Notes under the pieces: generated by a model | Seen by the model: the letters and a program-made list of their open reading frames with translations, nothing else | The model's database searches: none | Told to the model about the DNA's origin: nothing | Program-made: the position numbers and the translations under genes | DNA from: an uncultured delta proteobacterium | GTDB lineage: Bacteria; Desulfobacterota; BSN033; UBA1163 | Direction of reading: 5' to 3' | Assembly: GCA_963708295.1 (NCBI GenBank) | Contig: CAVPSJ010000017.1 | Location: 320,001-384,000, forward strand | Length of the DNA stretch: 64,000 nucleotides | Shown: positions 1 through 8,383 of the stretch, piece after piece | Layout of the letters: every line of letters starts with the position of its first letter | Numbering within the stretch: position 1 is the stretch's first letter

Positions 1-1
1 C

Positions 2-1576
2 CGGATATGCCTTGCAGACTCCGGCGTGGACGGGGTTCTGGTCATTTTTACTGCGCAGGGTGCAGCCGAGCCAGATGAGCTCGCACGCGCCATTGTGCGG
101 CTTGCCCGCGAAGCCTGGAAGCCCATCATCACAACGTGGGTGGGTGGAGGAGATGTCCAGCAGGCCCGAAAAATCTTTCTCGAGAACAACGTACCGACTT
201 ATGTAACACCGGAAGAGGCGGTGAGGACCTACTTTTACATGTACAGCTACGAGCGGAACCTTGAACTCATGTATGAGACGCCGTCCGATCTTCCCGTTGA
301 CCAGGCGCCTCCAAAGAACAACCTCAAAACTCTTATCCGGAGGGCTGCAGCCGCCGGCAGGACGGTTCTGACTGAGGAGGAGTCGAAGCGGTTTCTCATC
401 AACTACGGTATCCCCACCGTCAAGACATACATGGCCCACACGCCCGAGCAAGGCGTCGGAGCGGCAAGGGCTTTGGGATACCCGTTGGTACTCAAAGTGG
501 CCTCACCCGATATCACCTACAAGAGCGATGTCGGAGGGGTCATCACGGGCATCACCTCAGAGGAAGAGCTTCGGTCTGAATACGACCGCCTATTGAAACG
601 GGTCACAGAGAATTGCCCGGACGCAACGATCACCGGCATCACCGTCCAGAAGATGATTGAGAAAATAGACTATGAAATCATCCTGGGTGCAAAAAAAGAT
701 GAGGACTTTGGATCGGTCATCCTGTTTGGTATGGGTGGCACGAGTGTCGAGATATTCCAGGACTTCGGCGTGGAGCTGCCCCCGCTCAATCAGACCCTGG
801 CGCGCAGACTGATGGAGGAGACGAAAGTCTACCGCCTGCTTAAAGGTTACAGAGGAAAACAACCCGCGGATCTCAAGAAGCTCGAGCAGATCATTGTGAG
901 CTTCTCTAATATGATCATCGACTTCCCTGAAATCGCAGAGGTCGACATCAATCCGATCGCCATCACCGGCGGGACAGCATACGCTCTCGACGCACGGATC
1001 GTTATTGATAAGAACTGTCTCGAGTCCACCACACCCTATCCCCATCTCATTATCACACCGTATCCCACAAAATATGTGATGACCTGGAGGATGACGGACG
1101 GCACCGAGGTGCTCTTGCGGCCCATCAAGCCCGAAGATGAACCCATGGAGCACGAGATGCTCACCAGCCTGTCAGAAAAGACGCTGCGAGAGCGGTTTTT
1201 CCAGGCCATCAAGCACATCACGCACGAGATGCACATCCGCTTCTGCAACATAGACTATGACCGGGAAATGGCTATCGTCGCCGAACTCCGTGAAGGTGAA
1301 AAGAGAAGAATTCTCGGTATTGGTCGATTAATTATTGAACCTGAGGGAAAAAGCGGCGAGTTTGCCGTTGTCGTGCACGACGATTTTCACGGTAAAGGGC
1401 TGGGATACAAACTCGTTGACATGATGATCGGCATTGCTCAGGAAAAGGGGCTGGAGGAGGTCTACGCTTTGGTTCAATCTGACAATACAAAGATGCTCAG
1501 CCTATGCCGAAAGCTAGGCTTCGCCATTGAGTTCTTGCCGGACAAATTAAGCAGAGTCAGCTTGCCATTAAACTGA
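2..1576 (+). CDS. pat: Acyl-CoA synthetase (NDP-forming)-like/GNAT fusion, Pat/PatZ-type protein lysine acetyltransferase (5'-truncated by window)
   Basis: ATP-grasp region (LKVASPDITYKSDVGGV, FGSVILFGMGG, DINPIAI..ALDARI) followed by a GNAT domain (LRPIKPED, IDYDREMA, HGKGLG); the frame is open from position 2. Confidence 0.85.
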   Translation, partial: RICLADSGVDGVLVIFTAQGAAEPDELARAIVRLAREAWKPIITTWVGGGDVQQARKIFLENNVPTYVTPEEAVRTYFYMYSYERNLELMYETPSDLPVDQAPPKNNLKTLIRRAAAAGRTVLTEEESKRFLINYGIPTVKTYMAHTPEQGVGAARALGYPLVLKVASPDITYKSDVGGVITGITSEEELRSEYDRLLKRVTENCPDATITGITVQKMIEKIDYEIILGAKKDEDFGSVILFGMGGTSVEIFQDFGVELPPLNQTLARRLMEETKVYRLLKGYRGKQPADLKKLEQIIVSFSNMIIDFPEIAEVDINPIAITGGTAYALDARIVIDKNCLESTTPYPHLIITPYPTKYVMTWRMTDGTEVLLRPIKPEDEPMEHEMLTSLSEKTLRERFFQAIKHITHEMHIRFCNIDYDREMAIVAELREGEKRRILGIGRLIIEPEGKSGEFAVVVHDDFHGKGLGYKLVDMMIGIAQEKGLEEVYALVQSDNTKMLSLCRKLGFAIEFLPDKLSRVSLPLN

Positions 1577-1666
1577 CATCGTCTTTTGACCCGTCATTCG
1601 GCAACTTGCCTTTGATAACGACAGGGACCGATCCTGCAATACCTTTAAAGCGGATCGGCTGTAAGG

Positions 1667-1696
1667 AAAAAGGGAGCCTGTTGGCTCCCTTTTTTT
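1667..1696. terminator. Bidirectional intrinsic terminator
   Basis: AAAAAGGGAGCC-TGTT-GGCTCCCTTTTTTT between convergent pat and etfA. Confidence 0.85.
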
Positions 1697-1708
1697 AGTT
1701 CACTCGGT

Positions 1709-2695
1709 CTATTTATTCAGCTTGCTTTTGAACTTTTCCAGCATCTTCGGCACGACCACCTTATAGTCGCCCACGATACCGATGTTTGCGTTCTTGAATA
1801 TGGGCGCCTCAGGGTCTTTGTTGATGGCCACGATGCAGTCCGATGTCCTCATACCCGCCAGGTGCTGGATGGCGCCGGAAATGGCGCAGGCGATGTAGAT
1901 TCTCGGCTTAACCGTCTTGCCGGTCTGTCCTACCTGGTGTTCGTACGGTATCCATCCGGAGTCGACGGCTGCACGGGATGCGCCCAGTGCTCCTCCCAGG
2001 GTGTCGGCCAGGTCCTTTAAAATCTTGAAGCCTTCGGGGCCGCCGGTGCCCCTGCCGCCCGATACGATGATATCGGCCTCAACCATGTTTACCGTGACCT
2101 GTGATTTGATGAACTCAAGGAACTTCGTATTCAGGTCTGCCTCGGCGACGGTAAAGGTTTCTTTTACCACCTCGCCCGATTTTGATGCATCCTTTTCAGG
2201 CATGGCAAATGCCTTTGGTCTCAGCGTTGCGATCTGCGGTTTCGCCTTTTCATTGACCACCGTCACCGAATAATTGCCGCCAAAAGCAGCCCTTGTGAGC
2301 TTTATTTGTCCGCCTTCTACCTTGATGCCGATACTGTCCGTGCAGAGCCCGATACCGAGATTTGCAGCGCTTGCCGCTGCCACGTCCGTGCCCTGACTCG
2401 TGGCCCTGAAAAGGGCGACTTCCGGTTTGTACTTGCCGAGGACAAAGCTTGACGCCTTTGAGTAAGCTTCCGCATTGAAAGTCTTAAAAATAGGCCCTTC
2501 TACGGCGTAGACTTTGGAGGCGCCACACTGAAAAGCCTCTTTCGCAGTATTCCCGACATTTTCACCGATGACAAAGGCGCATAGGCCGGAGCCGAGTCCA
2601 TTCGCCAGGGTCTTTCCGATGCCCAATAATTCGAAGGACATCGGTGTCGTTTCACCACCTTTGTGTTCTATATACACCCATACATCGTTAGCCAT
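1709..2695 (-). CDS. etfA: Electron transfer flavoprotein alpha subunit
   Basis: [50 protein letters not shown]. Confidence 0.95.
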   Translation of the reverse strand: MANDVWVYIEHKGGETTPMSFELLGIGKTLANGLGSGLCAFVIGENVGNTAKEAFQCGASKVYAVEGPIFKTFNAEAYSKASSFVLGKYKPEVALFRATSQGTDVAAASAANLGIGLCTDSIGIKVEGGQIKLTRAAFGGNYSVTVVNEKAKPQIATLRPKAFAMPEKDASKSGEVVKETFTVAEADLNTKFLEFIKSQVTVNMVEADIIVSGGRGTGGPEGFKILKDLADTLGGALGASRAAVDSGWIPYEHQVGQTGKTVKPRIYIACAISGAIQHLAGMRTSDCIVAINKDPEAPIFKNANIGIVGDYKVVVPKMLEKFKSKLNK

Positions 2696-2713
2696 TGTTC
2701 TCTCTCCTCCCGG

Positions 2714-3511
2714 TTATTTTATGACTTTCATGTCGATGAGTTTGTCGGTGACGATATTGGCAATATCTTCAAGCTCGCCTTTCAAGAGCTCTCCTGCTCC
2801 ACGGGGAGGGGGTACGGCGATCTCAACAACCTTTGTAGAGGCGCCGGCTGCACCGATCTTGCCCTTGTCCACCCCTAAGTCATCTGCATTCCACTGAGGG
2901 ATGGTCGCCTTAGCGGCTTTTTTGATACCCATGAGGTTCGGGAGCCGCGGCTCGTTGATGCCTTTGATAACGGCAACGACGGCAGGCAACTTTGCTTCTG
3001 TGACTTCGATGCCGCCTTCGATGGCCCTTTCAACGACGATCTTTTTATTCGCCGCATCGACCTGGCGTACTTTTGAAACGTACGTGAGAGGGCTCCAACC
3101 GAGGATGGCAGCCATTTCTGCGGCCACGACACCGGTATTGCCGTCGGTAGACTGTTTTCCGCAGAAAACAACATCCACGCCGCCAATTTTCTTAAGGGCA
3201 GCGGCAAGGACGGAAGCGGTTGCATAGGTGTCGGAACCTGCGAAGGCGTCATCGGTGCAGCGATGCACCTCATTGACCGTGAGCGCCAGGGCGTTCCTCA
3301 GGGCGTCGTTGGCCTTTTCGGGACCCATCGTAATGGCCACGATGTCTCCATCGTACTTTTCCCTTGTGAGTAAAGCCTCTTCCAGGGCAAACTCGTCAAA
3401 GGGGTTTGTGATGGGGTTCATGCCGTCTCTCTTGAGAGTACCTTTCGGGGTATCCCATTTGATTTCAGCTTCTGTGTCGGGAACCTGTTTGATACATACA
3501 GCGATTTTCAC
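2714..3511 (-). CDS. etfB: Electron transfer flavoprotein beta subunit
   Basis: MKIAVCIKQVPDT, NPFDEFALEEA, GSDTYAT, CGKQSTDGNTG, NEPRLP. Confidence 0.95.
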   Translation of the reverse strand: MKIAVCIKQVPDTEAEIKWDTPKGTLKRDGMNPITNPFDEFALEEALLTREKYDGDIVAITMGPEKANDALRNALALTVNEVHRCTDDAFAGSDTYATASVLAAALKKIGGVDVVFCGKQSTDGNTGVVAAEMAAILGWSPLTYVSKVRQVDAANKKIVVERAIEGGIEVTEAKLPAVVAVIKGINEPRLPNLMGIKKAAKATIPQWNADDLGVDKGKIGAAGASTKVVEIAVPPPRGAGELLKGELEDIANIVTDKLIDMKVIK

Positions 3512-3641
3512 AGTATCCTCCTTTTAGAGTATTATGATTCACCCACATAGGAGGTGGGTCTTCTCTTTTCAACGAATGCGGTCACAGCTTCTTTCTGGTC
3601 TTTCGTGGAGAATAAACAAGAACTCGCTTGGGGATGAATTG

Positions 3642-3671
3642 AATATAAGAAAGAGGGGGATAGTTTGTCAA
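3642..3671 (-). promoter_or_regulatory. Probable sigma70 promoter for etfBA
   Basis: TTGACA-N18-TATATT on the minus strand, upstream of etfB. Confidence 0.5.
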
Positions 3672-3735
3672 GACAGGTCCGTTCAAAGAGATCCTGATAA
3701 ACTTTGAAATCCTCTTTTTCTCTTCCGAAGGAAGG

Positions 3736-5771
3736 TCACATGGACTGAACGACCAGTTCGCACAGGTCGTAGGCGGCCATGGTTTCTGTCTTCCCCTTCT
3801 CTTTGATCCCGTCAAAGAGCATGGTCAGACAATAAGGGCAGGCCGTCCCGATGAACTCGGCCTGGGTCGCAATGGCCTGATCGGTCCGCATCTGATTGAT
3901 CCGCGTCCCGATATGCTCCTCCATCCACATCCTTCCCCCGCCCGCCCCGCAGCAGAAGCTCTTCTTGTGATGCCGCTCCATCTCCACCAGCTTGAGCCCC
4001 GGGATGGCATGGAGTATCCTGCGGGGAGCCTCAAAGATCTGATTCGCCCTCCCCAGGTAACACGAATCGTGGTAGGTGATCACCTTGTCGATCGGTTTGG
4101 TCAGCTTCAGCTTTCCACTGGAGATCAGCGTCTTCTATGAATGGGACGTGGTGAATGACTTCAAACTCGCCGCCAAAGGAGGGATACTCGTTTTTCAACG
4201 TATGGAAGCAGTGGGGACAAATCGTCAGGATCTTCTTCACACCGTGTCCTTTCAGGATCCCGATGTTTGCCTCCGCCGTGGTCTGAAACAGGTATTCGTT
4301 CCCGATTCTCCGGGCCGGGTCCCCGCAGCACCCTTCCTCATTGCCCAGGATTCCAAACCGGATGCCGCTCGCCTGAAGGATCTTGACCATCGCCGTGGCA
4401 ACCTTCTGATTCCGGGCATCGAAGCTCCCCACACAGCCCACCCAGAACAGGACCTCCGGGTTTTCCACTTCGGTAATGGTTTTCACTCCCAACCCCTGGG
4501 CCCACTCCGCACGTGTCCCCCGGGCCGCCCCCCAGGGGTTGTTGCTCTTCTCCAGGTTCTTTAACGTCAATCGAACCTCGGAGGAGTATTTGGTCTCGAC
4601 CAGGACCAGGTAACGCCGAAGATCGATGTTGCGGATCACCTGCTCCACGTAGACCGGACAGGCCTCTTCGCAGGCCATACAGGCCGTGCAGGCCCAGAGC
4701 TCGTCCTCTCCCACCGTGGCTTCCATGATCGCCTCCGGCTTGCGCTGATCCGGAGCCGTGGCCAGTAGTTTCGGCCCCTCCCGCCTCAGATGGTCTTTCA
4801 GGTTCTGAGTCATCCGTCTCGGAGAAAGGGGCTTGCCCGTGAGATGAGCCGGGCAGACATCCTGGCATCTCCCGCAGTTGGTACACCCCTCAAGGTCTAA
4901 GAGCTGTTTCCACGTCAGCTCCGGGATCTCCCGGACCCCAAAGGTCTCTGCCTCTTCAAAGTCAGGAATGGGTAGCAACACCCCCTTGGGCTTGAGGTTA
5001 CGGAAGTAGACGTTGATGGGCGATAGGAAGAAGTGCTGAAGCGGGGTGCGGGTGATAAAGACATAGGCAAAGAATAAGAAGGCGGGAAGGGCATGGATCA
5101 GGACCCGGTGCCAGACCAGGAGCTCGTTCAGCGCATCGGTCGGAAGGATCAGAAAGAATCGGGACAGAGGGTAGCTCAAGGGAGCCCAACAGCTCCAGTC
5201 GGGAACCGCTCCGCCGATCACGGCAATCCGGTAACCCTTGATGAAGAAGCCGGTGATCAGAAGCACCACCCCCCAAAGATAGATCAACGTGTTGGTGGGT
5301 TTTGTCTCCAGGCGCGAGGGTTTGAGGATATACCTCCGGTAAACGGCCAGAAGCCCGCCAACAATCACCAGAATCCCCCCGATTTCTGAAACGAAGGAGG
5401 CGTACTCGAAGAGGACCTGCGGAGGAAGGGTCAGACCCACGGGGTATGAAAAGAGCCTCACGAATTTACCCAGGAAGATCAGAATGGCCCCCCAGAAGAT
5501 CAAGAAGTGCATGGAACCCGGGTAGAGCTCCTTCCAGAACCGGACGTGGCCGAAGGTCACGGCCACAAGGGTCTTGATCCGGGTGGCCCCGCTGATCGGA
5601 GCGGTTCTGCGCTTTCCCCAGATGCCAGAGCCGGTAGTGCCGCCACCAGAAGGCCAGGGCCGAGACCGCCAGAAGCCCGATGAAGAGTACGAGAAAACCG
5701 AGGATGATGGGCAAAAAGATTTTCAGGATGTACACTTCTTGACTTGTCCAGAAACGGGTTAGAGAATTCAT
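3736..5771 (-). CDS. FadF/HdrF-family membrane Fe-S oxidoreductase (EMO-like: TM domain, 2x4Fe-4S, two CCG domains), split by two 1-nt frameshifts at ~5588 and ~4133
   Basis: ORFs 5466-5771, 4031-5566 and 3736-4083 join into one protein with TM helices, CTNCGRCQDVCP, CTACMACEEACP, EGCCGD, YHDSCYLGR, CCGAGGG and TACPYC. Confidence 0.85.
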
Positions 5772-5796
5772 TTTACCTTTCCCAGTCGTTCTTCAG

Positions 5797-6012
5797 ATGA
5801 ATAGACATCCGATGAGGCCCACCCCCACCCCCTGAACCAAGTGAGGTTCAGGGCATTGTCCTGCACCCTACGTGGTGCAGGGCTTCCCCTCCCCCTGAAG
5901 GGGAGGGAAACCGTTGTGCTCCTTCCCCGAAGAGGAGGGAAATGCTTCTGTTCCTCCCCCTTCAAGGGGGAGGTCAGGAAGGGGATGGGGATTTGCCGCA
6001 GCAGTATCATTA
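5797..6012. repeat. Dispersed composite palindromic repeat (copy A)
   Basis: Near-identical reverse-complement copy at 30523-30707; internal hairpins CCTGAACC-N6-GGTTCAGG and CCTGCACC-N6-GGTGCAGG. Confidence 0.9.
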
Positions 6013-6037
6013 TGTCTTCTCAATGACGGCCTCATGA

Positions 6038-6259
6038 TTAAGTTAACAAACGAGGATAGAAGGTAACCAAATGGGCAACAAAAAAGACCAATGCCAAACA
6101 GCCCATGATCATAAAGACCCAGCAGAGAAATGTCTTGTATTTCTCTTCCACCCCAAAGTCGAAGGCGGTCAGTTTCACCCCAAGGAAGAGCGACCCGATC
6201 ACCCCCATCAATACTATGATTTCTACAATCATCACCACTGGCCTTAATACGCTTCCCAT
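6038..6259 (-). CDS. Small two-TM membrane protein of unknown function
   Basis: 73 aa with two hydrophobic segments; GAGG RBS; 33 bp downstream of the NrfD gene on the same strand. Confidence 0.7.
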   Translation of the reverse strand: MGSVLRPVVMIVEIIVLMGVIGSLFLGVKLTAFDFGVEEKYKTFLCWVFMIMGCLALVFFVAHLVTFYPRLLT

Positions 6260-6292
6260 CGTCGGTTCCTCAGAATAAAATCAGTTGTTAAG

Positions 6293-7492
6293 TCAAGCTG
6301 CCTTCTTCGCCGCCTCGGGTGCTTGCTGCGCACCTTCCGTGACTGGCAGCAGCTCCAGATTCTTTAGACCCACAAGAAATAACAGTCCCATCAGGGTAAA
6401 GATCCCGAGGGACATGAACGTCTCGATCGGAGTGATCGGAAAGGATCCTGCCATTCCCCAGATCCCCTCAATCTTCCCGGGATACAGAGGCAGGGGATAG
6501 GCCGTCCCGGGGACTACCAATGAAAACCTCTCTCCAAAGATGCCGATCACTACCAAGAACGCAGCTCCCAGCACTCCCTTCAGGTTCTTAGAGTATTTCG
6601 GATGAAGGAGGATGATCAGGGGTAAGAGATAGGCGAACCCCACCTGCAGGACCCAGAAGATCCAGGAGTAGGGCCCCGTCAAAAGCCAAACCGTAGCGTC
6701 CCGGTGGGGGGAGTAAAGATGGGTCAGTTTATCCACCAGGACCATCACCGCCAGAATCACAATCAAGATCCGGAGCAATCGACTCAAGGAGAAGATGAGC
6801 TCCTGGTTGAGATTCCTTCTGGTAAATTTAAAGACCGCCACCACCGCGATCATCAGCAGGGCCAGCCCCGAGACCATGGCCGCCGTCAGAAATTCAAAGG
6901 GCTTGATGGGCGAAAAGAAGATCGGCCGGGTGGCAATGAAACCGAAGATGGCCCCTGTGCCCATATGAACCAGAGCCGCCCAGCCAATGGCAATCTTCCC
7001 CATCAGCTTGATGAATTTATGCTTCTCAGCAAAGATCGCCCCAAGGTAAATCACCCCGATCAGAAAGTACCCTCCGTAGAGAATCCCGTTGACCGCAAAC
7101 ATGGAGCGCATGTTGTTTAAGACGAAGAACATAAAGAGACGCCAGGATTTCTCAGGCCTTCCGAGATCTAACGCAATCCCGATCATGGCCCCAAAGATAA
7201 GCACGATGGCCAGAAAGACCGCAAGCCTGGCGATGGGTCGATATTGTTCTTTCCCGAAGACATAGGTCAGGGAAGAAAGGATCAGAGAGCCCGCACTCAG
7301 CCCGATAAAGTAGATGGTGATCGTAATCGGCATGCCCCAGGGAATGATGCTGCTCGACCCAAGGACATGGTGGCCCGAGATGTAGCTCACCATAAAACAG
7401 ATAAACCCAATCGCAGAAAAAACCGCCAGCAGAACAAATAGAGTATAAAATTCTTTCGATTTACCCTCTATTTTCGAGAATGTTAATCCCAT
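6293..7492 (-). CDS. NrfD/PsrC-family quinol-interacting membrane anchor (~10 TM)
   Basis: PWGMPITITIYFIGLSAG, DLGRPE, HMGTGAIFG, ERFSLVVPG. Confidence 0.9.
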   Translation of the reverse strand: MGLTFSKIEGKSKEFYTLFVLLAVFSAIGFICFMVSYISGHHVLGSSSIIPWGMPITITIYFIGLSAGSLILSSLTYVFGKEQYRPIARLAVFLAIVLIFGAMIGIALDLGRPEKSWRLFMFFVLNNMRSMFAVNGILYGGYFLIGVIYLGAIFAEKHKFIKLMGKIAIGWAALVHMGTGAIFGFIATRPIFFSPIKPFEFLTAAMVSGLALLMIAVVAVFKFTRRNLNQELIFSLSRLLRILIVILAVMVLVDKLTHLYSPHRDATVWLLTGPYSWIFWVLQVGFAYLLPLIILLHPKYSKNLKGVLGAAFLVVIGIFGERFSLVVPGTAYPLPLYPGKIEGIWGMAGSFPITPIETFMSLGIFTLMGLLFLVGLKNLELLPVTEGAQQAPEAAKKAA

Positions 7493-7535
7493 GGGAACTC
7501 CCTCAATTCAAATCTTATTAATCGGTCCATCATTC

Positions 7536-7603
7536 AATAGACATCCGATCAACCCCACCCACCCCCACCCCCACCCTTACCCTCCCCCTGAAGGGGAGGG
7601 AAA
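7536..7603. repeat. Short form of the 5797/30523 repeat family
   Basis: Shares AATAGACATCCGAT...CCCCACCCCC and CCTCCCCCTGAAGGGGAGGGAAA but lacks the two-hairpin module. Confidence 0.75.
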
Positions 7604-7612
7604 ACGTAATTC

Positions 7613-8299
7613 TCATTTCAAAAGGTAGTAGACTTTGGGTTTCGTATCCAGCTCCTCTCGAAGCCTGATCCATCCCCGTGAGGAGAGCAGCCGGGATACC
7701 TCAGAGCCCGTGTCGTCCAAGTCTCCAAATTTTCTGGCCTCCGCAGGGCATTCCTCCACACAGGCCGGAACCACCTCGGTCCCGATCTTTTTGCCCTCCT
7801 TGAGCGCTTGATCGATCCGATGAAAACAGAACGTGCATTTCTCCACCACCCCGTGGGTCCGGGTCGGAAACGGCCACTGACCCCAAACACCCCGATCCGG
7901 AGGCAGATCAGGACGATGATATTCCTTGTCCTCCTGCTCGATGCTGTTGAAGCTTCGCGCTCCATAAGGACAGGCAACGATACAGTATTTGCACCCGATA
8001 CAACGCCTGAAGTCCTGTACCACGATCCCGTCTTCCCGACGATACGTCGCCCTCGCCGGACAAACGGTGACGCACGGCGCATGCTCACACTGCATACACG
8101 GCATCGAGATCAGCTCGGTATTGACCCGGGGGTATTTCCCCGTGGTCGCCGCGATCACCTTGTTCCAAAAGATGTCTCTTCTCATCTTCTGCTCTTCCGG
8201 CGACCCATACGGAACGTTGTTTTCCACCTTACAGGCCGTCGAACAGGCCTGGCAGCCCGTGCATTTGTCCAGATCTATCACCATTCCCCATCTTGCCAT
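7613..8299 (-). CDS. 4x[4Fe-4S] electron-transfer subunit (DmsB/NrfC/ArrB/QrcC family)
   Basis: MVIDLDKCTGCQACSTAC, PCMQCEHAPCVTVCP, CIGCKYCIVACPY, VEKCTFC..PACVEECP. Confidence 0.93.
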   Translation of the reverse strand: MARWGMVIDLDKCTGCQACSTACKVENNVPYGSPEEQKMRRDIFWNKVIAATTGKYPRVNTELISMPCMQCEHAPCVTVCPARATYRREDGIVVQDFRRCIGCKYCIVACPYGARSFNSIEQEDKEYHRPDLPPDRGVWGQWPFPTRTHGVVEKCTFCFHRIDQALKEGKKIGTEVVPACVEECPAEARKFGDLDDTGSEVSRLLSSRGWIRLREELDTKPKVYYLLK

Positions 8300-8383
8300 G
8301 TTATCCCTCTACAGTCAGGTTTAGGTTTAGGTCGATGTTCAGATTTTTAATTTCTCAACCTTAAACTTAACCTTAACCTCAAC

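Noticed and set aside
5768-6026. ORFs 5768-6010 and 5841-6026 (and 30575-30829) with shared peptide sequence
   Set aside because: They are translations of the dispersed palindromic repeat, not genes.
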